64,000 nucleotides of DNA, taken from IMG/VR virus record IMGVR_UViG_3300050159_000048; one strand, 5' to 3'. The stretch is from a virus (taxonomy: Duplodnaviria; Caudoviricetes). Below are positions 55,118 to 63,293 of this stretch, in pieces. The notes below the pieces were generated by a model. The model did no database searches, was not told where the DNA came from, and worked only from the letters and a program-made list of their open reading frames with translations. Numbering within the stretch: the first letter of the stretch is position 1; every line of letters starts with the position of its first letter. The position numbers and the translations under genes are program-made.

Positions 55118-55870
55118 ATGAAGAAACCATATATTGGCGTAACTGACTTCAAGAGCCTGGACCAAATCAATCAAGCTCTTACGTGTATTCCTCCCGAAGC
55201 AAATCGTCGTCTGCACGTTGGATTGATGTGTAGCTGGAAGACGATCAACGATGTTCCGACAGCTACAGGATGGGAAAACATCTGGCCTACTCCTGAAGAG
55301 ATTCACAGCATGTTTCTCCGCAGGCATGAGGTGTACAACGTAATCCACTACGCAGATTACGACGATCGCAGTAACCTGGTTGACTTGATGCGGGCTGTTG
55401 ACCGGTGTGGGCACAATGCCGTAGATGCAATTCAGTTGGATATGAAGTGGCCAGACCCCAAATTGCTGTCTGGATTGAAAGCTGTGTACCCCCACGTTGA
55501 AATCATTCAGCAAATTGGACACACGGCGATTAGTGAATCGCCTGATTGGGAGCGTGATCTCGCAATGTACGAAGGTCTTGCTGATTACGTGCTCCTTGAC
55601 TGTGGGATGGGCCGTGGCACTCCGTTCAATCCTCAACACATGGTTGAGATGGTTGAAACTGCCTTGAAGCACTTTGGTGAAGATCAGATTGCTGTTGCAG
55701 GCGGCCTTGGCCCTGACACGTACATGAATTTAGCGCCCATCTTGAAGGCGTATCCGAACATTTCATGCGACGCACAAGGCCAACTACGGACATCACTCAA
55801 GGCCACTGATCCGATTGAAATGGATCGGGTATGTGCATACATCAGCGGCGTATGCTCGTTGATTGAGTGA
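55118..55870 (+). CDS. TIM-barrel protein, TrpF/ribulose-phosphate-binding-like
   Basis: AIQLD, VLLDCGMGRG, IAVAGGLGP, SCDAQG. Confidence 0.6.
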   Translation: MKKPYIGVTDFKSLDQINQALTCIPPEANRRLHVGLMCSWKTINDVPTATGWENIWPTPEEIHSMFLRRHEVYNVIHYADYDDRSNLVDLMRAVDRCGHNAVDAIQLDMKWPDPKLLSGLKAVYPHVEIIQQIGHTAISESPDWERDLAMYEGLADYVLLDCGMGRGTPFNPQHMVEMVETALKHFGEDQIAVAGGLGPDTYMNLAPILKAYPNISCDAQGQLRTSLKATDPIEMDRVCAYISGVCSLIE

Positions 55871-55874
55871 CCCG

Positions 55875-55903
55875 TTGACCCTAGACGCGATCTCTGATAG
55901 AGT
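55875..55903 (+). promoter_or_regulatory. Sigma70-like promoter
   Basis: GTTGACC-17-TAGAGT. Confidence 0.55.
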
Positions 55904-55927
55904 AGCGTCTATTGATTTCAAGGAGAT

Positions 55928-57064
55928 GTGATGAACTTCAACCAATTGTACCAAGAGCTGATGGCCCTGACCGCCAACGAAGCGTTTTACTTCCAGGACT
56001 TTGACCTGGACGGTGTGAAGTACCGCATCTTCAACTACCGCTTGGCGTCGTATTCGGATTTCCTGATGCCCTCGGCAATTGAATGCCGTGGCATCATGTT
56101 TGAGGTTGATGCTGCTGGCAACGCTGTGCGTCTGGCTTCTCGGCCCATGCCCAAATTCTTCAACCTCAACGAGAATCCCATTACCATGGGTCTCGATCTG
56201 TCGCTTGTGGATACTGTTGAGCTGAAGGCTGATGGTTCGCTGATGTCAACGTATTCCCATAACGGTGAGTTGCGTCTGAAGTCCAAAGGCTCACTGTTTT
56301 CTGAACAAGCGCTCGACGCAATGAAGTGGTTGGGTGTAAACGCACCAAGCCCGTCTCACTTTTACATGCAACTGCTGGCGGCGGAACAAGACGGCTACAC
56401 AGTGAACATGGAGTGGTGTGCTCCCCACAACCGCATTGTGATCGGTTACGATCACGCCCACCTGAAGGTACTGAACGCTCACCATCGCGATTCTGGTACG
56501 TTCATGTCTCGTGGCAGTTTGGAAATGCGGTTTGGTCCGCATGTAATCGATCGTGTTGACACGTGGGGTATGGATGTTGCAAACTTTGTCCAAACCATCC
56601 CTTCGATGCAAGCCGATATTGAGGGGTATGTGTGCCGGATTGGTGAACTGTGGTTCAAGGTGAAAACTGAGAAGTACATGTCGCTGCATCATGCAAAGGA
56701 CAGCATCACGAACCCCCGTCGCCTGTTTGAGGCTGTGGTGGACGAAGGCGTTGATGACCTGCGCTCAATGTTCGCTCATGATGCACTGGCAATCAGCCAG
56801 ATCGACGAGATGCAAACCAAGGTTACCAAGATGTACAACCATCTGGTGGCTGTTGTTGAGCAGTATCACGAAGCCAACAAGCATTTGGACCGCAAGGACT
56901 ATGCGATTGGCGCTCAATCGATGAACATGAACGGCATCAAGTTGCTAGGTCTTCTGATGAACAAATATCTCGGCAAAGATGCTGATTACAAGGACTTCTT
57001 GAAAAGCAAGTACAAGGAACTTGGCTTCAAGGACACCGCAACGGAGAAGACCAGTGCTGAATGA
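55928..57064 (+). CDS. rnlA: RNA ligase 1 (T4 RnlA-like)
   Basis: IFNYRLASY..F, ECRGIMF, KFFNLNE, K.DGSL, EGYV, FKVKT. Confidence 0.93.
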   Translation: MMNFNQLYQELMALTANEAFYFQDFDLDGVKYRIFNYRLASYSDFLMPSAIECRGIMFEVDAAGNAVRLASRPMPKFFNLNENPITMGLDLSLVDTVELKADGSLMSTYSHNGELRLKSKGSLFSEQALDAMKWLGVNAPSPSHFYMQLLAAEQDGYTVNMEWCAPHNRIVIGYDHAHLKVLNAHHRDSGTFMSRGSLEMRFGPHVIDRVDTWGMDVANFVQTIPSMQADIEGYVCRIGELWFKVKTEKYMSLHHAKDSITNPRRLFEAVVDEGVDDLRSMFAHDALAISQIDEMQTKVTKMYNHLVAVVEQYHEANKHLDRKDYAIGAQSMNMNGIKLLGLLMNKYLGKDADYKDFLKSKYKELGFKDTATEKTSAE

Positions 57065-57211
57065 TCCAGCTAAGGGAGTGGGAGTGTGGCTCCCACTCCC
57101 TACTCATTGCAGCATTCCACAGTTGGTTCCAGTTGGCCCTACCACAATGTCTAGTGCTACCCGTCCGTTGTGGATGGGCAAGATCAACCTAGTCCAACCA
57201 AAGGATACAAA

Positions 57212-57439
57212 ATGACAACCGCTTCGTGGCCTACCCATCGACCGTACACGTACCACCGGTCTGCGAAAAATTGGTTCAGTGATGATGAATGGTCGATCGT
57301 GTTTGAAGGCAGCGTTGTTCGTGTGATGCACGGCACCAAATCTGATGCCGATCACATCGTCAATACCCTAAACATCGCATACACGCTCGGTGTGATGGAA
57401 GGTGAGCGCAATGCCAACATCCAAATCCAACCCACTTGA
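57212..57439 (+). CDS. Hypothetical protein
   Basis: AAGGA SD. Confidence 0.55.
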   Translation: MTTASWPTHRPYTYHRSAKNWFSDDEWSIVFEGSVVRVMHGTKSDADHIVNTLNIAYTLGVMEGERNANIQIQPT

Positions 57440-57683
57440 CCAACTGATCCACCGCGCCGTATCGCCTCTCGGAGGCTCTGACGGTCCGTACCTGCATCAT
57501 AGCGTCCAGACGACCCTACTGCGCCGCACCTGGAATCCCAATTACAATCAGAATGCTGAATGTAAGTGTGGACATGAGTATCATCGCCACTTTGATTCGT
57601 ATGAAGAGATGTGGCCGATTGGATGTAAGTACTGTGAGTGTGGTGAATTCAAACAGACGGAGCATACTGATTCTGGAGAGTAA
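57402..57683 (+). CDS. Hypothetical protein with Cys/His cluster
   Basis: CKCGH..H...CKYCEC. Confidence 0.55.
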   Translation: MSAMPTSKSNPLDQLIHRAVSPLGGSDGPYLHHSVQTTLLRRTWNPNYNQNAECKCGHEYHRHFDSYEEMWPIGCKYCECGEFKQTEHTDSGE

Positions 57684-57705
57684 TGGCTAAGTTCAACGTT
57701 GCGTG

Positions 57706-57713
57706 CATAAATA
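57706..57713 (+). promoter_or_regulatory. Late promoter CATAAATA
   Basis: Heads operon 57741-60335. Confidence 0.65.
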
Positions 57714-57740
57714 TCCGACACATTTCCTCAAGGAACACAT

Positions 57741-58781
57741 ATGTCGAAACAAGGATACTTGATTGCACGCAACCGCCAAATTGGTGCATTCTTCACAACA
57801 GCTAGTGCGTATGACCGTCCTCGCTGGGTTGCTCTAGATGAAGCAACCAAATACATGTCGGTTGACATGGCTCAGGCTGCACTCAAGAAACTGCTTGGCT
57901 ACGGAGCGTTCGAGGCTCGCTTGGTGCCTATCCAAGAGGTAATCTCTCTTGAGCTACCCGACGACGCGCCAGCTGACCCTGCTGGCGACCTACCACCAAC
58001 CGATGCCCTTCCTCCTGAAGGCGACCTGTCCCCTGAAGATCAGATGCCAGGCGACGATCCAATGGACGACCAAGGAATGGTTGCTGATAACTCTGGCGAC
58101 GTTTGTCCAGGTTGTCAGCATGAGCCATGCACATGCGAGCAACATGATGACGACTTGGGCGATGATGTCAGTGATGAGACTGACATTGATGCGGAAGTTG
58201 ATGAACTGTTGAATCGCGGTGAGTTTGAAGGCCGTGATATCGCCAAGCGCAAGGCGTTGGACGACGAACTGAGCGATCAGGTCCAATTCCGCGAATCAGC
58301 TACAATGCCTGCAAAGCCAGCTCTGAACGGTCGCGCTGACAATAAGAATACTGTCGATTCAGCCAAAAAGCCTGAGAAGGTTAAGTTCAAGGATGATCTG
58401 CGCAATGCAGATGCTGCCCCCGGTAAGTCTGAGCCAAATGTTGGCGATGATTCCGAGAAGGTAAATGTCCCTGCATCCGTACTATCAGCACTGCAGAAGG
58501 TCTCTTCCGAGATGACAGCTGAAGCTAACAAGTACAAAGAGCGCGATGATGCACGCTCTTCATTCTGCATGACTGTTGCTGCTGCAATGGACACTCTGAA
58601 AATGCACCTGTCTACCGGCACTGTGGACGGCGTTAAGCAAGCTCAAATTCAACTGGGCACGATGATGAGCCCAATCACACAACATATCCCAGATGACGTT
58701 AAGAAGTACATCCACACAGGTGGTCGTAAACCATCTCTGAAGGATATGTTTTCAGTAAAGTGGGAAGCTAAGCGAGGTTAA
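57741..58781 (+). CDS. Acidic late protein (possible head core/internal protein)
   Basis: AAGGA SD, D/P-rich linker. Confidence 0.75.
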   Translation: MSKQGYLIARNRQIGAFFTTASAYDRPRWVALDEATKYMSVDMAQAALKKLLGYGAFEARLVPIQEVISLELPDDAPADPAGDLPPTDALPPEGDLSPEDQMPGDDPMDDQGMVADNSGDVCPGCQHEPCTCEQHDDDLGDDVSDETDIDAEVDELLNRGEFEGRDIAKRKALDDELSDQVQFRESATMPAKPALNGRADNKNTVDSAKKPEKVKFKDDLRNADAAPGKSEPNVGDDSEKVNVPASVLSALQKVSSEMTAEANKYKERDDARSSFCMTVAAAMDTLKMHLSTGTVDGVKQAQIQLGTMMSPITQHIPDDVKKYIHTGGRKPSLKDMFSVKWEAKRG

Positions 58782-58782
58782 T

Positions 58783-59238
58783 ATGCGTCTAATTGACTAT
58801 TTGTTTGAACAAGCTGATACGAAAGCTAGTTTGGAAAAGAAGCTAGCGCAAGCTCGCAAAGACCTTCGTGCCATGGGTAACGGCACCTTGACCAGCCAAA
58901 CTCACGCAGACTCAATTGATGATCAACGTGCCCTGATCAAGAAGCTAGAGCGCCAGCTTGATCAAATTTCTGAAGCTGTTGAAGACCAAGCTGTTGACGT
59001 TGGTTCGCAGTCACCGGATATGGAAGAAGATTACAGCCGTCACGCACGACCAAACCGCGCATACGACATTCTGACAGCTAAGATCACAAAGCTGACACAA
59101 TCAATCCAACAAAAGTTGTCACAACATCAAGAATCATACCGCAAAGACGATCGCAACTGGGGCTACATTGGTGACCTTGAGCACGCAGTTGAACTGTTGG
59201 AACGACTTGACAGCCACCTGACCACCGGAGCAGTATAA
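58783..59238 (+). CDS. Hypothetical late protein
   Basis: N-terminus MRLIDYLFE; coiled coil. Confidence 0.7.
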   Translation: MRLIDYLFEQADTKASLEKKLAQARKDLRAMGNGTLTSQTHADSIDDQRALIKKLERQLDQISEAVEDQAVDVGSQSPDMEEDYSRHARPNRAYDILTAKITKLTQSIQQKLSQHQESYRKDDRNWGYIGDLEHAVELLERLDSHLTTGAV

Positions 59239-59480
59239 TGAAGCTCGCCGATATCACCGAAGCCCACAACTGGCAAGCGGAAATGTATCGGCGTTGGGTT
59301 CAGGCTGTTCGGGCAGCGTGGCCCAATGCGACATTTACCGGATCCAAGTATCAAGCGCAAGCGGTAGATTGGATGTCTCGGGCCAATGAAGTAGCGGGCG
59401 ATTGGGAAAATGACAAAGGTGTTGTGTATAAGCCAGGATCGATGGGTCGTGAGGTCCTAGAGGTCATTGGAGAACGATAA
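59238..59480 (+). CDS. Hypothetical late protein
   Basis: N-terminus MKLADITE; TAATG coupling. Confidence 0.7.
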   Translation: MKLADITEAHNWQAEMYRRWVQAVRAAWPNATFTGSKYQAQAVDWMSRANEVAGDWENDKGVVYKPGSMGREVLEVIGER

Positions 59481-59644
59481 TGCTAGACTTCCTAAAGAAG
59501 CACGGCGTTCCAGCAGGTCTGGCAGCTCTCATTGTGCTTATCGCAACGATTGGCCCAATGTACCGACAATACAAATTGGACAAAGAGCAAGATGCTCGCA
59601 TTGCAGCTCTAGAAGCACGGATTCGCACCAATGAAGCTAAGTGA
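59480..59644 (+). CDS. Small membrane protein (54 aa, not in ORF track)
   Basis: MLDFLKKHGVPAGLAALIVLIATIGPMYRQY...; TAATG coupling. Confidence 0.6.
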   Translation: MLDFLKKHGVPAGLAALIVLIATIGPMYRQYKLDKEQDARIAALEARIRTNEAK

Positions 59645-60335
59645 TATTCTGCTTGAAGCGATCAACACGCCGGCCCATCCAACCAAGACCACAATGGGGC
59701 GAGTGACGGCTGCCATGCTTAACAGGCAGGGGCGGACTGAAACTTCGCCTGAACGGATTGGGCGTGGTGCGTATGGGTCAGTATTCGATCAACCAAATGC
59801 TGACGTTGACCATGTGCTGAAAATATCTCGATCGTCCGGAACCTCAAACGAGGAACCTGACGGGTATGCATCGTACATTGAGCGTATTCTCAATCTACAC
59901 AATCCGTACTTCCCTCAAATTGGCGAGTTCAAAGTGCTGCGCAATCGTGATACGGGTCGAGATATGTATAAAACTCGCATTGAGACACTCGCGCCGTTAC
60001 AGACCCTGACAGACCAGGAAGTTCAGATGTTGTGGAAACGAATTTTCGGAGACCACACACGACGGACAACCATCGATCGTAGTGATCGTGACTCTGCTCT
60101 TGACTACATCATGCAGGTGATTAGAGCAGCAGTGGCAGGATACGACATGGACGGATATTGGGTAGATGTAGACAACATCGCTGACCCATCTTTCATCGAA
60201 GCGTTAAACGTCATTAGGCAGATCAAGAATGACGACCCAGAGCATGAGCTCGGAAGTGACATCCACTACGGGAATGTGATGGTTCGCCGGACGAAATACG
60301 GTCCGCAGCTCGTAATTACTGACCCTTTTGTATGA
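59631..60335 (+). CDS. T7 gp0.7-like protein kinase
   Basis: GRGAYGSV, VLKI, DGYASY, DIHYGNVM, ITDPF. Confidence 0.8.
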   Translation: MKLSDILLEAINTPAHPTKTTMGRVTAAMLNRQGRTETSPERIGRGAYGSVFDQPNADVDHVLKISRSSGTSNEEPDGYASYIERILNLHNPYFPQIGEFKVLRNRDTGRDMYKTRIETLAPLQTLTDQEVQMLWKRIFGDHTRRTTIDRSDRDSALDYIMQVIRAAVAGYDMDGYWVDVDNIADPSFIEALNVIRQIKNDDPEHELGSDIHYGNVMVRRTKYGPQLVITDPFV

Positions 60336-60340
60336 CGGTG

Positions 60341-60370
60341 TTGACTTTTTGACAACGAAGCATATATACT
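60341..60370 (+). promoter_or_regulatory. Sigma70-like promoter at head of tRNA array
   Basis: GTTGACT-18-TATACT; further GTTGAC copies at 60432, 60441, 60469; CATAAATA at 60453. Confidence 0.6.
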
Positions 60371-60508
60371 CTCATCATTGATTGATAACCGCTTAGGAAA
60401 TCAATCGCAAAACGAACCCCAACTGCGAAAAGTTGACCCCGTTGACTTCTAGCATAAATAGAAAGACAGTTGACGTAATCGTTCAACAACATTCAAGGAT
60501 TTAATCAA

Positions 60509-60640
60509 ATGCAACACTCTCTGCGACATTTTGGAAGCCAACTGAGCCAGCAATGGTTTAGCATGGACTCCGTCCGTCCAGAATTGTGTGGTGATTATAG
60601 CCTCGAACCTACGATCGCCCTTTGTGGAGGAACTGTATAA
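60509..60640 (+). CDS. 43 aa leader-like peptide
   Basis: AAGGA SD; MQHSLRHFGSQLSQQWFSMDSVRPELCGDYSLEPTIALCGGTV*. Confidence 0.4.
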   Translation: MQHSLRHFGSQLSQQWFSMDSVRPELCGDYSLEPTIALCGGTV

Positions 60641-60672
60641 GCGAAAGCAAAATACAAGTTCAGAATAAACGC

Positions 60673-60709
60673 AAAGGGCCTCGGGTAAAACCAAGGCCCT
60701 TTTCTTTTG
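60673..60709 (+). terminator. Intrinsic terminator/attenuator before tRNA array
   Basis: aaagggcct...aggcccttttctttt. Confidence 0.75.
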
Positions 60710-60884
60710 TCCTGTACAAAAACCGGTGGAAGGCCATCGGTATAGCAAAATAAACTGACCGCGTTGACTCAGCCGAGTACTCTTCAGGCTGCCGAGTGCG
60801 ATAAAGGGAAGCATTGGGAAACGGTGCTTGTGAAAACAAGCATTGTTTCTACAGAGCATACAAAATGTGTTCTGTAAAAACAAT

Positions 60885-60961
60885 GGTGTACGTAGCTCAA
60901 TTGGTAGAGCCCAGGATTGTGATTCCTGCCGTTGCGAGTTCGAATCTCGTCGTACACCCCA
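60885..60961 (+). tRNA. tRNA-His(GUG) with encoded G-1
   Basis: cagga-tt GTG at-tcctg; G-1:C73; CCA. Confidence 0.95.
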
Positions 60962-60970
60962 AATTTCAAT

Positions 60971-61044
60971 GGTGGTTGTAGTGTAGTGGCAGCAAAACAC
61001 GCTGTGAACGTGTAGGCGAGGGTTCGATTCCCCCATCCACCCCA
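60971..61044 (+). tRNA. Second tRNA-His(GUG), degenerate stems
   Basis: acacg-ct GTG aa-cgtgt; mismatches in D, T and acceptor stems. Confidence 0.65.
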
Positions 61045-61053
61045 AATTTCAAT

Positions 61054-61145
61054 GGAGCGCGGGCTGTGTGGCAAAGGCAGCACCCTGCTAAGGTGTAGGC
61101 CGGTGATGAGCCGGCCGCTGGGTTCGATTCCCAGGCGCTCCGCCA
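61054..61145 (+). tRNA. tRNA-Ser(GCU)
   Basis: gcacc-ct GCT aa-ggtgt, long variable arm, G73. Confidence 0.93.
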
Positions 61146-61162
61146 AACAATGTGTGTAGTGT

Positions 61163-61249
61163 CTGGGTGTAACTCAGCCAGGTCAGAGTGCCAGTTTTGG
61201 AAGCTGGAAGCCCGAAGGGATCTCGCAGGTTCGAATCCTGCCATCCAGA
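61163..61249 (+). tRNA. tRNA-Pro(UGG) with long variable arm
   Basis: ccagt-tt TGG aa-gctgg; 17-nt variable region. Confidence 0.85.
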
Positions 61250-61264
61250 CAGTACACATATTAT

Positions 61265-61340
61265 GCCCTTGTAGCTCAATTGGTAGAGCGCAGGATTGAA
61301 GATCCTGGCGTTGCTGGTTCAAGTCCGGTCGGGGGCACCA
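61265..61340 (+). tRNA. tRNA-Phe(GAA)
   Basis: cagga-tt GAA ga-tcctg, CCA. Confidence 0.95.
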
Positions 61341-61351
61341 AAACAATCAAT

Positions 61352-61428
61352 ACCTCTGTAACTCAGTGGACTAGAGTACTTCGCTACGAACGAAGGAGTC
61401 GCAGGTTCGAATCCTGCCAGAGGTACCA
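61352..61428 (+). tRNA. tRNA-Arg(ACG)
   Basis: cttcg-ct ACG aa-cgaag, CCA. Confidence 0.95.
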
Positions 61429-61446
61429 AACAATGCAAAGATATAG

Positions 61447-61535
61447 AGGGGCGTAGTGTAATTGGTTAACATCCCAGGCTTTGAACCTGGAGACCGAGAA
61501 GGTATATGTAGGTTCGAGTCCTACCGCCCCCGCCA
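61447..61535 (+). tRNA. tRNA-Gln(UUG) with long variable arm
   Basis: ccagg-ct TTG aa-cctgg; 17-nt variable region; A1:C72 mismatch, G73, CCA. Confidence 0.85.
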
Positions 61536-61540
61536 ACAAT

Positions 61541-61670
61541 GGAGTTTTAGTGTAATGGATAGCACAGAAACAATACTCAAGTTGATTTTGACTCACGAAA
61601 GTGCTGCGTAAACGTAGAGTTACTTCGTATGTGAAACGACTAGACCGCGGTTCGATTCCCGGAAACTCCA
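61541..61670 (+). ncRNA. tRNA-like RNA with expanded anticodon domain
   Basis: Acceptor GGAGUUU/AAACUCC, D arm GUGU..GCAC, T loop UUCGAUU, ~75 nt multi-hairpin insert instead of anticodon arm. Confidence 0.65.
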
Positions 61671-61777
61671 CAAATGAAAGTAGTTACAGCGCTGTGTGCT
61701 TAGTCGGATGGTCCGTAACTGTAATGCCTGCCCGTTCGATTCGGGATGTAGGGTAATAGCACACGCTTTCATCCAAT

Positions 61778-61850
61778 CTCTCGCTCATATAACTGGATAA
61801 TATACAACCCTACGAAGGTTGGAATACGGGTTCGAATCCTGTGCGAGGGT
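61778..61850 (+). tRNA. Second tRNA-Arg(ACG)
   Basis: caacc-ct ACG aa-ggttg; CCA not encoded. Confidence 0.8.
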
Positions 61851-61875
61851 CAGATACACACGAGGAAAGGTCAAC

Positions 61876-62775
61876 GTGACAGATGCAGAGGCACTTCTCC
61901 TAGTTTGGAAGTACGTCAACGGTTCAATACCGCGCGTGTCGCAACAATCTGCAGACATGATCGCACTAGTTGCTCCACCGTACAATCAAACAATGGGATC
62001 AGCGTTAATGATGCTGACGGGCTATGCAAATCGTCCTGCAAGCATCCAATGCATCGCACAGCTAATTGATCATATCAACCGTGTGAATGGTCCGACTAAT
62101 GATCTTTTTCATTGGGTTGAAAAAACACTGATTAATCTGACAAGTCATGTGACTGACGAGATTGGTGTTGAATTCTGGCCTGACGGTGTGAGTAAGATTG
62201 CGTTCCCTGATACAAACCATTACAAATGGCAGCTGGTTCAGTCGGAACAGCAAGCAGGTCACGGTGAGTGGATGCAACACTGTCTACGCAATCCAGATGT
62301 TGTGTGGAACAAAATTGCAACAGTCTATTCATTGGTTAATACCAACGGTGTAGCAGTACGTACAGCAGCGTGCTCGTTAAACGGACATGGATTGTTTGTA
62401 GTTGCAGGCAAGCAAAGCTCACAGCAAAGCACGCTAGCGCGTGTACAAGCGTTGTGTGAGCTTCTCAACACAAACCCTTCTCTGCTGTTGACGTTATCAG
62501 ATCCGATCCTACATAATCAAGGAATTGTTTATGCAGACGAACATTGGCAGCGGTTGTCAACGTTGGGGTTAAAGCAGATAATTAGTGGTAGTTTGAACTG
62601 CAACAACTACCACCAAGCAATCAATTTGCGTCCAAGCCTTGTAATTCAAGGAAACGCTTTTTGGTGCAATACGCGAGCAACACCGCAATGCATAGTTGAA
62701 GGGGATGTGATCACACATCCATCTCAATTGCATAGTAAAGTTTGTGAGCTGTATGGTGAAAGTATAATGGCGTAG
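61876..62775 (+). CDS. Hypothetical protein embedded in tRNA array
   Basis: GTG start after GAGGAAAGG; stop runs 7 nt into tRNA-Asp. Confidence 0.65.
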   Translation: MTDAEALLLVWKYVNGSIPRVSQQSADMIALVAPPYNQTMGSALMMLTGYANRPASIQCIAQLIDHINRVNGPTNDLFHWVEKTLINLTSHVTDEIGVEFWPDGVSKIAFPDTNHYKWQLVQSEQQAGHGEWMQHCLRNPDVVWNKIATVYSLVNTNGVAVRTAACSLNGHGLFVVAGKQSSQQSTLARVQALCELLNTNPSLLLTLSDPILHNQGIVYADEHWQRLSTLGLKQIISGSLNCNNYHQAINLRPSLVIQGNAFWCNTRATPQCIVEGDVITHPSQLHSKVCELYGESIMA

Positions 62776-62844
62776 TAGCATAGCGGCTAATGCACCTCTC
62801 TGTCTAAGAGGTTTACGAGGGTTCGAGTCCCTTCTACGTCGCCA
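62769..62844 (+). tRNA. tRNA-Asp(GUC)
   Basis: cctct-ct GTC ta-agagg, G73, CCA. Confidence 0.93.
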
Positions 62845-62997
62845 ATTGTGTGCGGCTGAAAGCAGCGGCGGATTTAGCTCCCGTCGTCACAGTAAGCCAG
62901 AAACCCAGGCTCTGACCGGAGGATATTTGAACAAACCGGTGTAGCATTTCAAGTAATCTGGCCAGAGAACGAAATGTGAGGTAACACAATGAACAAT

Positions 62998-63072
62998 GGG
63001 GTGTTGATATATGGGTTATTATCCTTGACTGTCTATCAGGGCAAACGGGTTCGAGTCCCGTACACCTCGCCA
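62998..63072 (+). tRNA. Second tRNA-Asp(GUC)
   Basis: cttga-ct GTC ta-tcagg, G73, CCA. Confidence 0.9.
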
Positions 63073-63078
63073 AACAAT

Positions 63079-63150
63079 GAGCCCGTTGACGCTGGGACAT
63101 GCGCGCGCCCAACGATAGTGGATTTGCCGGTTCGATTCCGGTCGGGTTCG
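63079..63150 (+). pseudogene. Pseudo-tRNA
   Basis: Acceptor gagcccg/cgggttc and T arm intact; anticodon arm does not pair; no CCA. Confidence 0.6.
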
Positions 63151-63164
63151 CAGAGAGAAACAAT

Positions 63165-63247
63165 GTAGGTGCCATCCTTGGAGAGATAAGCACGCTGTAA
63201 ACGTGTGGCCTTTGGCTGAGTAGGTTCGATTCCTACCACCTACACCA
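63165..63247 (+). tRNA. tRNA-Tyr(GUA)
   Basis: gcacg-ct GTA aa-cgtgt, long variable arm, A73, CCA. Confidence 0.88.
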
Positions 63248-63293
63248 ATTTAACCCTGTTGACCGAAAGACCGGGTTAGAATACAATGAAATC

